Source: Candidatus Altimarinota bacterium (lineage in GTDB: Bacteria; Patescibacteriota; Gracilibacteria; UBA1369; 2-02-FULL-48-14). From it: a DNA stretch of 64,000 nucleotides. The position numbers and the translations under genes were made by a program. The notes under the pieces were generated by a model. That model did no database searches and was not told the origin of the DNA. It worked only from the letters and a program-made list of their open reading frames with translations. Of the stretch, positions 10,592-21,421 are shown in pieces. Each line of letters opens with the position of its first letter. The first letter of the stretch is position 1. The stretch is taken from assembly GCA_015485665.1 (NCBI GenBank), contig WFTC01000013.1:3559-67558 (forward strand). The letters are read 5' to 3'.

Positions 10592-10666
10592 TGGCTCCCC
10601 CGATTGGATTCGAACCAATGACCCACTGGTTAACAGCCAGTTGCTCTACCACTGAGCTACAGGGGA
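10592..10666 (-). tRNA. tRNA-Asn(GTT)
   Basis: TCCCCTG-TAGCTCAGTGGTAGAGCA-ACTGG CT GTT AA CCAGT-GGGTC-ATTGG TTCGAAT CCAAT-CGGGGGA GCCA; canonical cloverleaf with encoded CCA. Confidence 0.97.
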
Positions 10667-10768
10667 ACGCATGAGCGTGCATATGTGGTAATACCGAAAA
10701 TGCGCATGGATTATAGCGAGGACATTTAAGCAGGTAAAGCTTTTTTATTTAAAATATCACTTTATATT

Positions 10769-11935
10769 TTATCCTATAATAACTTTCCAAATTTCTCTTC
10801 CTACAACTTGATTTTTGCGCTCATAAAATAGGGAAGGGCGTTCATGTGATGACAAGTGAATAATTTTTGTATTCAATCTCAGTATTTCAGGTAAATTAGG
10901 CAGGAAGTGCCGTTCTGTTTTATACTTATGGTAAGGTGCTGTGAATACTAAGCTTATAGGGAAGCTTACAATCTTTTTTAAGTTTTCAAAAAAAGATCTG
11001 TACAAATCCTCAATTTCACGTTGAACTTTGGGAAGTTCCAAAGGAGAGGGACAAGTCTTTAGCAATGGTCCAAGCCAAGTTTCACTTACAATTGTGAAAT
11101 TTTCATCTGGAAGCTGATTTGAAGTCAGACTTCTTGCGTCAGCTTGATTGAGTGAATAGTTATAATCTTTTCCTGTTATCTTTGACAGCCATTCCATATT
11201 GATTTTTGCATCTTTCACCATTTCCTTTGAAATATCCGTACCACTTGAGTTTAATCCCATGAGTACAGCTTCTTGCAATACAGTTCCACTACCACAGAAA
11301 GGGTCAAAAACATGCTTTTCAGCTCCGGAAATATTTATTAGAATTTGAGCTAATTTAGGAGGAAACATGCCATTTTTGGCTGATTTTGCAGGTCTGTCAT
11401 AGTCACGCTTTGAGTACCATGTGAAGTTTTGAATGGCAGATGTTTTGCACAAGTACCACTTTTTTTCACTCTTAAAAAGATGCAGTTCAATACCTTTTGT
11501 TTTTAAAAGCCCTTCGTGCCATGCTTGTACTGAAGACAGATTTTGAAAATCTTTATTTACAAACCTTATATTTCCTAATGTTTTTTTTAGATATTTTTTA
11601 GAGCCGATTAAGATTTTTTTCAGGATTTTTTCAGACTTGGGGTGCATGCTTAGACCATAGCGGAATTTACCGCTTTTTCCTTCAAAGGCATCGGTCAAGG
11701 CTTGGATCACCCAGGACTCAAAATTCAGAGGCATAGATGCAGGGCCTGATTGAATAACCTCGGTGATCCGTACGATGCCACCCATTCTGTCAATAAGAGC
11801 ATTTGCATTAAAAGCATTACAATTAATTACAAAACCATCATAAACTTCCTCTTTTATGCATTCACCAAGCAGAGCTTCAATCTCCTTACGTGCGAGACCT
11901 TTACCATGACCTGTTTGAAAAATGAAACTGTTCAC
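10769..11935 (-). CDS. SAM-dependent RNA methyltransferase (Trm11/UPF0020-like)
   Basis: RDYDRP..GMFPPKLAQILIN and FDPFCGSGTVL motifs. Confidence 0.75.
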   Translation of the reverse strand: MNSFIFQTGHGKGLARKEIEALLGECIKEEVYDGFVINCNAFNANALIDRMGGIVRITEVIQSGPASMPLNFESWVIQALTDAFEGKSGKFRYGLSMHPKSEKILKKILIGSKKYLKKTLGNIRFVNKDFQNLSSVQAWHEGLLKTKGIELHLFKSEKKWYLCKTSAIQNFTWYSKRDYDRPAKSAKNGMFPPKLAQILINISGAEKHVFDPFCGSGTVLQEAVLMGLNSSGTDISKEMVKDAKINMEWLSKITGKDYNYSLNQADARSLTSNQLPDENFTIVSETWLGPLLKTCPSPLELPKVQREIEDLYRSFFENLKKIVSFPISLVFTAPYHKYKTERHFLPNLPEILRLNTKIIHLSSHERPSLFYERKNQVVGREIWKVIIG

Positions 11936-12096
11936 AATAATTTTGATTTTTTTATCTCTCCTGATTGGAGGCTTATATCTTAAAGCAATAATAGACTATC
12001 ACAATAGACCAAGCTTGGAAGTGCTTTCTTCATAAACTGCACTTGCCCTATGTGCATCTTGGGTATTAGAGTGTAACTCACTTAATCACAGGACTC

Positions 12097-12570
12097 ATGT
12101 ACTCACTAAACAGATCACAGCTCATTGGCAATGTTACCAGAGATCCGGAAGTTAGGCAGACTTCAACGGGTCAAGTTGTGGCTTCTTTTTCTATTGCCAC
12201 TAATCGTGTTTGGACTGATAAAATGGGACAAAGACAAGAGAAAGCAGATTTTCACAATGTTGTTGTGTGGGGTCGTTTGGCGGAGATTTGCCAACAGTAT
12301 GTTAAAAAGGGACGTAAAATTTATGTTGAAGGACGTATGCAAACACGTGATTGGGAAGGTGAAGATGGAGTAAGGCGTTATAGAACGGAAGTAGTGGTGG
12401 AAAATATGATACTTCTTGACAGGAGCGGCATGCCGACTGGAGAAAATAGAAATTTTCAGACTTCAAGTGCTGCACCTTCAGCGGAACAGGTTTCAAGTCC
12501 TCAGCCTAAAACACCGAGCGTTCCTTCAGATAAGGAAGAAGAAATGAGCTTGGATGATCTTCCATTTTAA
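12097..12570 (+). CDS. ssb: single-stranded DNA-binding protein
   Basis: LIGNVTRDPEVR OB fold and C-terminal DDLPF. Confidence 0.97.
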   Translation: MYSLNRSQLIGNVTRDPEVRQTSTGQVVASFSIATNRVWTDKMGQRQEKADFHNVVVWGRLAEICQQYVKKGRKIYVEGRMQTRDWEGEDGVRRYRTEVVVENMILLDRSGMPTGENRNFQTSSAAPSAEQVSSPQPKTPSVPSDKEEEMSLDDLPF

Positions 12571-12988
12571 GCAAGTCAAAGACTCGGGTCGAGGGTACGT
12601 ATCATTATGTTGATAGAGGTATGTCCCGAGTCTTTGCATAGGCAAGATTATAGATATCCATTCCGTTAATCTGCAGTTATTACTGAAGGCAGATTAGAGA
12701 AAGGTATTTATAATTTTGCACTTTCTCTCCATTTTTACTCCTTTTTAATTTTGTTTTTGTTTTTATGCTTTTTTGTGTAGATTTGCTGTGAAGCATAGAC
12801 TACATTTTATAGGCGAGAAAATGTGGAGTATAGAGAGAGAATGAGATATATATTTCTTACTGAGAATTTTTGAAAGATTTTTTTCTTGGAAGGATATATA
12901 TCTCGGTCCCTTTCTAACTCTTTCTAAGCTGCTCTGGTTTTCAATGTGCCAATGCTCTAAAATCTTTGAGCTATCGTATGATTCTATC

Positions 12989-13579
12989 ATGGATAAAGAA
13001 AAAAGTCAAAGGCATGGAAAACTTTTTTTAATACTTGGACCTTCTGGATCCGGTAAAGGTACCGTATTGCGTTATTTGCGAGAGAAGTATCCAAATGCGG
13101 TCTTTCCTTTATCTTGCACTACTCGTCAGCCCAGAGAAGGTGAAAAAGAAGGGGAGGTTTATTTGTTTGTATCCAAATCTGAGTTTAAAGAGCGCATTGC
13201 TCATGGTGATTTTTTGGAATATGCAATTGTTCATGGAGATAATTATTATGGCACTTTGAAAGAGAGTATTATGAAGCCTTTGCAAGAAGGTAAAATTGTT
13301 ATCCGTGAGGTAGATGTTCAAGGTTTGCGCAGCATAAGAGAGTTAATGCCGGATAATCAATTAATTTCAATCTTCTTGACTGTGGATTCTTGGGACACTT
13401 TAAAGAAGCGTATCATTGCCAGAGCTGAAATTTCCAGTGAAGAGCTTGAACGTCGCAGACAAAGCTTTCTTCTTGAAATGGAATGGGCTGATGAAGTTGA
13501 TTATGTAGTTGTTAATCAAGATGGCAAAATAGAAGATACCTTTTCTCAATTGGATCTTATTTTAGAGGAAGCTCAATAA
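12989..13579 (+). CDS. gmk: guanylate kinase
   Basis: GPSGSGKGT, TTRQPREGE and YYGT motifs. Confidence 0.95.
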   Translation: MDKEKSQRHGKLFLILGPSGSGKGTVLRYLREKYPNAVFPLSCTTRQPREGEKEGEVYLFVSKSEFKERIAHGDFLEYAIVHGDNYYGTLKESIMKPLQEGKIVIREVDVQGLRSIRELMPDNQLISIFLTVDSWDTLKKRIIARAEISSEELERRRQSFLLEMEWADEVDYVVVNQDGKIEDTFSQLDLILEEAQ

Positions 13580-14347
13580 GTCGCTTGCCATGAGTGCCGC
13601 ACCTTTTTCTTCTGCGACTGTATCACCTGCTTGACCGACTTTCTGTGCTGCCTTGTTGGCTGCATTAAAAGGATCCATTTTTTGCGCCAGTAAAGCTACA
13701 GTTACGCCGGCTAAGATATCTCCGGTTCCATTCACTGTCATAAAAGGATTCCCATTTATATTATTTGCAGTGCGAACTCCATCTGAAATTATATCAATGT
13801 GACCTTTTGTCAAAAGTGTTACACCCAATTGATTTGCCCAGTATTTAACTTGATTTTCTCTTTCTTTCATATTTTGACTAAGTATGTCATTTGTCAGTGA
13901 TTTAAATTCACCGGCGTGTGGAGTGAGAAGCAAGGTTTTTTCATCAAATTCAAAAAGCTCAGAGCCTATTGCATGAATTGCTGCCGCATCCAGTACCATT
14001 GGGACTTCAATTTTAGATACTAAATTACGAATTGCCGGAAAGCTGAAAGATGAAAGTCCACTACCAATCAATACCGCATCTGCATGTAAAGATTCCTCCA
14101 GAATGTCTGGGATTAAATACTCTTCCAATTCTCCTTTCAGAGCTATTGTGATAAGGTCAGGACAATGAGCTGATGCTGTGTTCATTGCTCTTTCATGACC
14201 AATTATAGTTACTGTATCTGCACCACTGCGCAAAGCCGCCATACCTGCCAAACAAGGTGCGCCCGTAGAGCGAGCACTTCCACCGATTATCAATACTCGG
14301 CCGAAATCTCCTTTGTGAGACCAAGGTGGGCGTGGAAGAATAATCAT
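13562..14347 (-). CDS. nnrD: NAD(P)H-hydrate dehydratase (YjeF C-terminal)
   Basis: HKGDFGRVLIIGGS, LTPHAGEF and GTGDILAG motifs. Confidence 0.9.
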   Translation of the reverse strand: MIILPRPPWSHKGDFGRVLIIGGSARSTGAPCLAGMAALRSGADTVTIIGHERAMNTASAHCPDLITIALKGELEEYLIPDILEESLHADAVLIGSGLSSFSFPAIRNLVSKIEVPMVLDAAAIHAIGSELFEFDEKTLLLTPHAGEFKSLTNDILSQNMKERENQVKYWANQLGVTLLTKGHIDIISDGVRTANNINGNPFMTVNGTGDILAGVTVALLAQKMDPFNAANKAAQKVGQAGDTVAEEKGAALMASDLLSFL

Positions 14348-15040
14348 TTAATTTTCAAGGTAGTAAGATCTGATAGGCGTGAGATCTTTATTTAATTCAT
14401 AAACTAAAGGTACTCCCGTGGGAATATTTAGATTTGGGATTGCTTCGTCTGAAATGTTATCCAAATGTTTAATTAATGCTCTGAGACTGTTGCCGTGGGC
14501 TGTAATTATTACTTTTTTGCCGGCTTGTAAATCCGGAACTATACTTTCCTTCCAATAAGGTAAGAAACGTTCAATTGTATCTTTTAAAGATTCGCATGAT
14601 GGTAATTCTTGCAATGACAGTGAAGAGTAGCGTGGATCGTAACGAGGATGTCTTTTGTCATTTTCATCAAGCGGTGGTGGGGGAATATCAAAGCTGCGGC
14701 GCCAAATATGAACTTGCTTTTCACCAACTTCTTCAGCTTTTTCTTTCTTATTGAGCCCTTGCAGAGCTCCATAATGCCGTTCATTGAGTCGCCAAGATTT
14801 TTTTACAGGCATCCAAAGCATATCCATTTCCTCTTGAAGCAAATGAAGCGTTTTAATTGCTCTTTTCAGGTAGGAAGTATAAGCAATATCAAAAATAAAA
14901 CCTGCTTTTTTCAAACGATGACCAGCTTCCTTGGCTTCATCAATTCCTTTTTGTGAAAGGTCTACATCAGTCCATCCTGTGAATAAATTTTCTTTATTCC
15001 AAATGCTTTGACCATGACGAATCAGAACTAACTCAATCAT
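14348..15040 (-). CDS. gpmA: 2,3-bisphosphoglycerate-dependent phosphoglycerate mutase
   Basis: [19 protein letters not shown] and AHGNSLR motifs. Confidence 0.97.
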   Translation of the reverse strand: MIELVLIRHGQSIWNKENLFTGWTDVDLSQKGIDEAKEAGHRLKKAGFIFDIAYTSYLKRAIKTLHLLQEEMDMLWMPVKKSWRLNERHYGALQGLNKKEKAEEVGEKQVHIWRRSFDIPPPPLDENDKRHPRYDPRYSSLSLQELPSCESLKDTIERFLPYWKESIVPDLQAGKKVIITAHGNSLRALIKHLDNISDEAIPNLNIPTGVPLVYELNKDLTPIRSYYLEN

Positions 15041-15051
15041 AATTTTAATTG

Positions 15052-15594
15052 TCAAATTTCTTTATTTGGAGCACTTTTTTTGTATAAGCTAATGCTGTCT
15101 TCAATAACTGCCATTGCCGCTCTTTTATCTTTAAATGCATGTATTGTTACTTTTTTATTTTCAAGTTTCTTATAATACTCGAAAAAATGTTCAATTTCAT
15201 TTATTTGATGCTGTGAAAGATCGGATAAGTCTTGGACATGATCCACTTTCATATCTCCTTCCGCAATTGCTATGATTTTATCATCATTTTCTCCTCCGTC
15301 TTCCATGTGCATAACGCCAATTACACGTGCATTTACCAAGCAAAGAGGCTTAATGTTTACTTGTGAAATAACCAATATATCCAGAGGATCTCCGTCATCG
15401 CAGTAAGTTTTTGGAATAAATCCGTAATTTGCAGGATAATGCATCGCAGGATACAAAACTCGGTCCATTATCAAATGACCGCTTTCTTTGTCCAATTCAT
15501 ATTTTGCTCTTGAACCTGCCGGAATCTCAATGACGGCGCGAACCACTTGAGGTGCAGAATCTCCAATGCTTACTTCATGCCACAGATGTGTCAT
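15052..15594 (-). CDS. ppa: inorganic pyrophosphatase (family I)
   Basis: YPANYGFIP and [10 protein letters not shown] motifs. Confidence 0.96.
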   Translation of the reverse strand: MTHLWHEVSIGDSAPQVVRAVIEIPAGSRAKYELDKESGHLIMDRVLYPAMHYPANYGFIPKTYCDDGDPLDILVISQVNIKPLCLVNARVIGVMHMEDGGENDDKIIAIAEGDMKVDHVQDLSDLSQHQINEIEHFFEYYKKLENKKVTIHAFKDKRAAMAVIEDSISLYKKSAPNKEI

Positions 15595-15704
15595 AATTTT
15601 ATTTTAAATTACCGCTATAATTTATGTGATTTTTCACTGTTTGGCAATGAAAACTCGCTTTTTGGAAGTTTTTTTTGCTAATATATATGTAGGTTATTGA
15701 TTTT

Positions 15705-16529
15705 ATGAAGATTTTAATTTTTGGAAAAGGCTATCTTGCTCATCATTTTGCCGATTTTTATGGAGATATGGCGCTTATTTCAGATTTGCGCATTTTGGAT
15801 TACTCCGCATTGCTTGCCGAGCTTTCAAATCATAAGCCCGATGTAATTATAAATTGTGCCGGCAAAACGGGTAGACCTAATGTAGATTGGTGTGAGGACC
15901 ATAAAATGGATACACTTGACTCTAATTTGCTTGTTCCTTTGCTTTTAGCTAAGGCTTGTGAAGAAATGGGTATTTATATGGTGCATGTTGGAAGCGGTTG
16001 CGTGTATGAGGGAGATAAAGATGGCAGTGGATTTTCAGAAGAAGATGCACCTAATTTTGATGGCAGTTTTTATTCAAGAACAAAGGCTTTGAGTGAAGCT
16101 GCCCTTTCTGAACTTCCGATTTTACAGCTTCGTTTGCGCATGCCTTTGGACTCTAAGCCCGGTCCTCGTAATTTCATAACAAAAATCACGTCTTATAAAA
16201 AAGTAATCAATGTGCCAAACTCAATAAGTGTTATGGAAGATTTTTTAAAAGCTGCGGAGCAGCTTATAGAAAAAGGTGTGACAGGAATTTATAATATGAC
16301 TAATCCTGGTAGTATTGATCATGTGGGGATTTTGGAGCTTTATAAGGAATTGGTGGATCCTGATTTCACTTATGAGGTTTTTACTTTGAAAGAAATGGAG
16401 CAAATCACAAAAGCTCGCAGATCAAACTGTATGCTTTCGTCTAAAAAGCTTGAAAGTGAAGGTATTTATATGCGTCCGGTTACAGATGCGGTGCGAGCTA
16501 CTTTGAAAGAATACGCAAAAAATCTGTAA
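15705..16529 (+). CDS. NDP-4-keto-6-deoxyglucose 3,5-epimerase/4-reductase (NRS/ER-like, RmlD family)
   Basis: GKTGRPNVDWCEDHK, GSFYSRTK and LRLRMP motifs. Confidence 0.8.
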   Translation: MKILIFGKGYLAHHFADFYGDMALISDLRILDYSALLAELSNHKPDVIINCAGKTGRPNVDWCEDHKMDTLDSNLLVPLLLAKACEEMGIYMVHVGSGCVYEGDKDGSGFSEEDAPNFDGSFYSRTKALSEAALSELPILQLRLRMPLDSKPGPRNFITKITSYKKVINVPNSISVMEDFLKAAEQLIEKGVTGIYNMTNPGSIDHVGILELYKELVDPDFTYEVFTLKEMEQITKARRSNCMLSSKKLESEGIYMRPVTDAVRATLKEYAKNL

Positions 16530-16583
16530 TTTTGTTACAATCAAATTGTAATTGCCACTCTAATTAACGTTTAATTCATCTTT

Positions 16584-17723
16584 ATGCCAGATTTGAAAAA
16601 AAGGATTAAAAAAGTTAAACACTCAAGCGATGCAAAGCTTGCTTTACAGAATTTTCCACGGTATTTTTTCAGTTTTGCAATGATAGGAGTATGCATTTTG
16701 TTTTTGTGGGTGATTTCGCCCTTTTTTGACACTTTGATCTTTGCTTCGCTTGTTGCCGTTATTTTTTATCCTATGCAAAAATGGTTGATGAAGTTAATGA
16801 ATGGCAGGCGTGGCATTCCGGCTTTTATTACAACTCTTTCAGTATTACTTATTTTATTGGCACCTTTGGTTTTACTTTCCATATATACTGCTCAAGAAGC
16901 AATAGAGGCATTTATTGTACTTGAGTACAAATTAAATGCTTTTGATTTTTCCACACTTAAAAAAATTACAGATATTCCTTATCTTGGTGTATGGCTTGAT
17001 AATTTGAGCCAAGAGTATGGCTTTCAAGCTTTACTTCCCACAGAGGAGTTTGACTTTATTACTGCAATAAAAGATCTGGCTGAAAGTATCACCGGCTTCA
17101 TTGTTAATCAAGCCGGTGCAATTTTCAGAGGTGTTAGTGATTGGGTGGTGCAGCTTTTTATATTTCTTATAACAGTTTATTATTTCTTCAGAGATGGGGA
17201 TAAAGTGAGTGCATATATGAAGAAGATCAGTCCTTTACCGGAGCAATATGAAGATGAGATTGAATCTAAACTTAGAGACAGCACCTATGCAGTTGTGGTC
17301 GGTAATTTTGGCACGGGTCTTATTCAAGGTCTTGCAGGTGGCATTGGTTTTGCAATCGCAGGTATTGAACAAGCTATTCTTTGGGGGACTATGATGGCTT
17401 TTGCTTCACTTATCCCCTATGTTGGTGCAACTGTAATTTGGATTCCCGCAGCATTGTCTTTATTGTTTGTGGGCAATATTTTTTGGGGAGTGTTTCTAAC
17501 AATTTGGGGGTTTGTTGTTGTTGCATCTCTTGACAATATAGTGAGGCCTTTTTTGATTGGAGGTCAGGCTAAGATGCACTCGCTGGCAACTTTTTTGGTT
17601 GTTTTAGGAGCTTTGATTATTTTTGGTATTAAAGGGATTGTATACGGACCTTTAATACTAAGCCTGACAATAACCGTGGTACATATTTATGAAAAAGAAT
17701 ACAAAGAAATACTTGAATCTTAA
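16584..17723 (+). CDS. AI-2E family transporter
   Basis: Multi-TM protein with DNIVRP and GIVYGP motifs. Confidence 0.85.
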   Translation: MPDLKKRIKKVKHSSDAKLALQNFPRYFFSFAMIGVCILFLWVISPFFDTLIFASLVAVIFYPMQKWLMKLMNGRRGIPAFITTLSVLLILLAPLVLLSIYTAQEAIEAFIVLEYKLNAFDFSTLKKITDIPYLGVWLDNLSQEYGFQALLPTEEFDFITAIKDLAESITGFIVNQAGAIFRGVSDWVVQLFIFLITVYYFFRDGDKVSAYMKKISPLPEQYEDEIESKLRDSTYAVVVGNFGTGLIQGLAGGIGFAIAGIEQAILWGTMMAFASLIPYVGATVIWIPAALSLLFVGNIFWGVFLTIWGFVVVASLDNIVRPFLIGGQAKMHSLATFLVVLGALIIFGIKGIVYGPLILSLTITVVHIYEKEYKEILES

Positions 17724-19168
17724 CCTTGGTGTTGATCTGCAAGTTTAAACAAAGTTCTAAGTGCTACACCAGTTGCTCCGTATTTTGTGGTGGAACTTGT
17801 TTTTTCAGCCCAAGCAGTTCCTCCAATATCAAAATGTACCCACGGTGTATCTTTTGTGACAAAATTACTCAAGAATGCACCACCCATACTTGAGCCAGCA
17901 CGCACTCCGTTTGTAGAGTTTTTTAAATCTGTAAAGTCACCTTTTGTGGCTTTAATGAAATCTGCATCCAGTGGGAGAGGCCAAGCACGTTCGCCGGCAG
18001 CCGAAGCAGCTTTCAGAACTTGATCAAGAAATTTTTCATTATTTCCCATTACTCCTGTTATGAAATATCCGAGGGCAACGCTGACAGCACCTGTTAAAGT
18101 TGCAATATCCACTATCTTTTTAGGTTTAAATTTTGCTTCTGTATAGGAAAGTGCATCAGCAAGACACAGACGCCCTTCCGCATCAGTATTGCTTATTTCA
18201 ATGCTTTTCCCATTGAATGCCCTTACAACATCACCTGGACGTTGAGCTCTATCGGACACAGCATTTTCAGCACAAGCCAATACCCCAAGATAATGTCCTT
18301 TAAGTTTTGCTTCAGCTATAGCTTTCATTGTTCCAAGCACTGTGGCGGCTCCAGCCATATCTTGTTTCATTGTTTCAATATATCCTGTTGGTTTCAAATT
18401 CAGACCTCCTGTATCAAAAACGACTCCCTTACCAATGAACGCAAGATTTGGAACTTTTGATTTTGAAGCTTTTTTATACTGTAGAAAGATAAGTTTGGAT
18501 GTTTCTTTTGCACCTTGTCCAACCCCTAAAATAGCGCCGCAACCAGCTTTTTTGAGTTGAGCTTCATTCATGACAATAATCTTCATCCCATATTTTTTTG
18601 CCAATTTACGAGCTTCATTTACCATGTCTTTCGTGGATAAATCACCTGCAGGAATATTAACAAGGTCACGAGTAAGTGGTGAAGTAAGTGAGAAAATCTC
18701 AGCTTCTTCCATGATTTCTTTATTCTTTTTATTTTTTGTAGCCAGAAAAATAACTTCTTTAAGTTGTATTTTTTTAGCATCTTTTTTCTTGTATTTATCA
18801 AACTCATAAGCGCCTAGCACAATTCCATTTGCAATATCGGATAAATAATCTTCTTTCACCATAATGGCAACACTTTCAGACTTCATTTTTTTTGCAATGC
18901 TTGCAATTTTTCCGCCAAGTTGTTCCATAGCTTGGGGTAGAGAGCTTTTAAGATCTCCCATGCCGAGAAGCACGATGTTTTTTTTGCCGTATAAAATTAT
19001 TGTTTCTCCTTCTTCTCCCTCAAAATCTTTTGCCTTAATACGTTTTTTAGCTTCTTCCGCCAAACTTCCCAATGTTTTTCTTGTAGCTGCTGATAATTTT
19101 TCTCCTTTTTCAAGTAAAAGAACAAGTATGTCCGCTTTTGCTGCGTTTGAGTTTAAATAAAATTTCAT
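17720..19168 (-). CDS. pepA: leucyl aminopeptidase (M17)
   Basis: GKGVVFDTGG, MKQDMAG and NTDAEGRL motifs. Confidence 0.95.
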   Translation of the reverse strand: MKFYLNSNAAKADILVLLLEKGEKLSAATRKTLGSLAEEAKKRIKAKDFEGEEGETIILYGKKNIVLLGMGDLKSSLPQAMEQLGGKIASIAKKMKSESVAIMVKEDYLSDIANGIVLGAYEFDKYKKKDAKKIQLKEVIFLATKNKKNKEIMEEAEIFSLTSPLTRDLVNIPAGDLSTKDMVNEARKLAKKYGMKIIVMNEAQLKKAGCGAILGVGQGAKETSKLIFLQYKKASKSKVPNLAFIGKGVVFDTGGLNLKPTGYIETMKQDMAGAATVLGTMKAIAEAKLKGHYLGVLACAENAVSDRAQRPGDVVRAFNGKSIEISNTDAEGRLCLADALSYTEAKFKPKKIVDIATLTGAVSVALGYFITGVMGNNEKFLDQVLKAASAAGERAWPLPLDADFIKATKGDFTDLKNSTNGVRAGSSMGGAFLSNFVTKDTPWVHFDIGGTAWAEKTSSTTKYGATGVALRTLFKLADQHQG

Positions 19169-19197
19169 GGGTGTGGATTTAAAAATTTGCAATTAAA

Positions 19198-19647
19198 TTA
19201 CCCGAGTTCACGCAAGGTCTCAAGAACTTCTTTCACATGATTTGTAACTTTTACTTTGCGCCACTCTTTAACTACTTTTCCTTCAGGATTTATTAGGAAA
19301 GTGCTGCGTTCAATCCCCAAAAAAGTTCTTCCATACATGCTTTTTTCTTTCCATACTTTGAAAGCTTTTAAGAGTTCAAAATTTTCATCTGATAGAAGTT
19401 CAAATGGCAATTCATATTTTGCTATAAATTTTTCATGTTTTTTTAAAGGATCTTTACTTACTCCTATTATTACTGCATTGAGGTCGCTAAAATCATCATG
19501 AGAATCTCTAAATCCACAAGCTTCTTTGGTGCAACCTGGAGTATCATCTTTAGGATAGAAGTAAAGTACAATCCATTTTCCTTTATAGTCTCGCAGTGAA
19601 ACTTCTGATCCTCTGGAAGAGGGGAGTTTTATGTCCGGTACTTGCAT
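19198..19647 (-). CDS. bcp: peroxiredoxin BCP
   Basis: YFYPKDDTPGCTKEAC motif. Confidence 0.95.
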   Translation of the reverse strand: MQVPDIKLPSSRGSEVSLRDYKGKWIVLYFYPKDDTPGCTKEACGFRDSHDDFSDLNAVIIGVSKDPLKKHEKFIAKYELPFELLSDENFELLKAFKVWKEKSMYGRTFLGIERSTFLINPEGKVVKEWRKVKVTNHVKEVLETLRELG

Positions 19648-19722
19648 ATAATAAAGGGTTATTTTTTATCTGCGTCTATGATAGCATGTAATTGAGAATT
19701 ATTATCAATAAAACAATTCACT

Positions 19723-20310
19723 ATGATGCATTCATCTGTCAATTTCATGCCTTTACTCGGTACTCTTAAAGGCATATCCGATCCTCAACTTGAGGCACAT
19801 TTTGCTCTTTATGAAGGTTATGTTAAAAAGTTGAATGAAATTGAAGATAAACTAAAGACTGTAGATAGATCTGCAAGTAACTATTCTTTTGGAGAATATA
19901 GTGAATTAAAGCGCAGAGAAGCAGTTGCTTTCAATGGAGCTTATTTACATCAACTTTATTTTGAAAATTTATCAGGTGAAGAATCAAAACCTTGCTCTGG
20001 ATTGTTTTCAGAGATAGAAAGAGCTTTTGGTTCAATGGAAACTTGGGAGGCTGACCTTCGCGCTTCTGCGGCTTCCACACCGGGTTGGGTATTGCTCACT
20101 TATAATAAAATTGATAAGACTCTGCATAATTATGTTTTATATGAGCACCACATAGCTTTGCCGGTTCATCAAGAAATTCTATTGGCACTGGATTGTTGGG
20201 AGCATGCTTTTATGATAGATTTCGGTACAAAAAAAGCGGAGTATTTAAGCGCTTTTATTCAAAATGTAAATTGGAACAAAGTGAGCGAGCGTTTTGAAAA
20301 TTGCATTTGA
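19723..20310 (+). CDS. Fe/Mn superoxide dismutase family protein
   Basis: AHFALYEGY, LHQLYF and DCWEHAF motifs. Confidence 0.85.
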   Translation: MMHSSVNFMPLLGTLKGISDPQLEAHFALYEGYVKKLNEIEDKLKTVDRSASNYSFGEYSELKRREAVAFNGAYLHQLYFENLSGEESKPCSGLFSEIERAFGSMETWEADLRASAASTPGWVLLTYNKIDKTLHNYVLYEHHIALPVHQEILLALDCWEHAFMIDFGTKKAEYLSAFIQNVNWNKVSERFENCI

Positions 20311-20353
20311 TGTATTAGCCAACGCAAAGCTAAGTGTCGCATTTTGGGTCAGT

Positions 20354-21331
20354 TTACATAACTGTCCAGTTTCTTTTTTCTTCCAAACGACCCGGAATTG
20401 TGAAGCCTGCCGCTTTTTTATGCCCTCCTCCTCCGAGGAAGCCGGCAATTTTTGATAGATTTATATCTTCACGTTCCGTGCGTAGTGATCCTTTTATGTT
20501 TCCTTTCATATCTTCGGTAATTAACATCGTGAATTTTGTATCAGGTACCATATTTAAGTAATATATCAGTCCGGATAGATCTTCAAATTTGGAATTTGTA
20601 GCTTTGTAATCTTCATTTTTCACTGCGGAGATAAGACCACCATCTGCATTGATTTGTATTCTTTCAAGCACACGCCCCCACAGCCTTAACTGGTTGAGTT
20701 TCTTACTTTTAAATAAAGTTTTTACACATTTTTCATGTTTTCCACCAAGTGCTTTGAGCCTTCCTGCGATCCTTAAAGTATCAGCGTCTGTATTTGAATG
20801 CATGAAGGAGCCTGTATCATAATACAGTCCATGAAACATTGCGGTCGCCATGTTCGGACTTATATCCCAAGCGCAATAATTAAAGAATAAATATAAAATG
20901 AAGCAAGTAGATGGGCTTTTCTCCATTACAATGTTTACAAGGCCAAAGTTGTCATTACTTGGATGATGATCGAAATTAATGAGTAGAGTTTTATTTGGAT
21001 CTAAAAGTTCAGGATGTTTTTCATGGAATCCGAGTAATTTATGTCCACCGCAATCTACACTTATTATGAGTTCATATTGAAATGGATTTATCTCTCTCAA
21101 GTAACTATCACTTCCTGATAGAAAAGTGCAATTTTCAGGTATTGGATCTATGCATGCTGAATCTACTTTTTTTCCTAGTTTTTCCAAAATTTCTCTCAGT
21201 GCAAGATTTGCTCCTATGCTGTCAGCATCTGGATTTTTATGCGAGATTATTAAAATACTCTTTGCTTTGAGCATCATGATTTTTGCTTGATCAAAGGCTT
21301 TGAAGTGAATGTGAGTCTTGATTTTCTCCAT
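20354..21331 (-). CDS. nrnA: DHH/DHHA1 phosphoesterase (NrnA-like)
   Basis: HKNPDADS, FDHH, DTGSF and GGGGHKKAAG motifs. Confidence 0.85.
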   Translation of the reverse strand: MEKIKTHIHFKAFDQAKIMMLKAKSILIISHKNPDADSIGANLALREILEKLGKKVDSACIDPIPENCTFLSGSDSYLREINPFQYELIISVDCGGHKLLGFHEKHPELLDPNKTLLINFDHHPSNDNFGLVNIVMEKSPSTCFILYLFFNYCAWDISPNMATAMFHGLYYDTGSFMHSNTDADTLRIAGRLKALGGKHEKCVKTLFKSKKLNQLRLWGRVLERIQINADGGLISAVKNEDYKATNSKFEDLSGLIYYLNMVPDTKFTMLITEDMKGNIKGSLRTEREDINLSKIAGFLGGGGHKKAAGFTIPGRLEEKRNWTVM

Positions 21332-21421
21332 AAAATGTTCCGATTGAGGCGAAACATAATGCCATCATTTCATGCAAGAAAATAGCGACTATTATAGACC
21401 ATTTTTCACTTTCTTGTATAA

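Noticed and set aside
10494-10682. 62-aa ORF
   Set aside because: Shadow of tRNA-Asn
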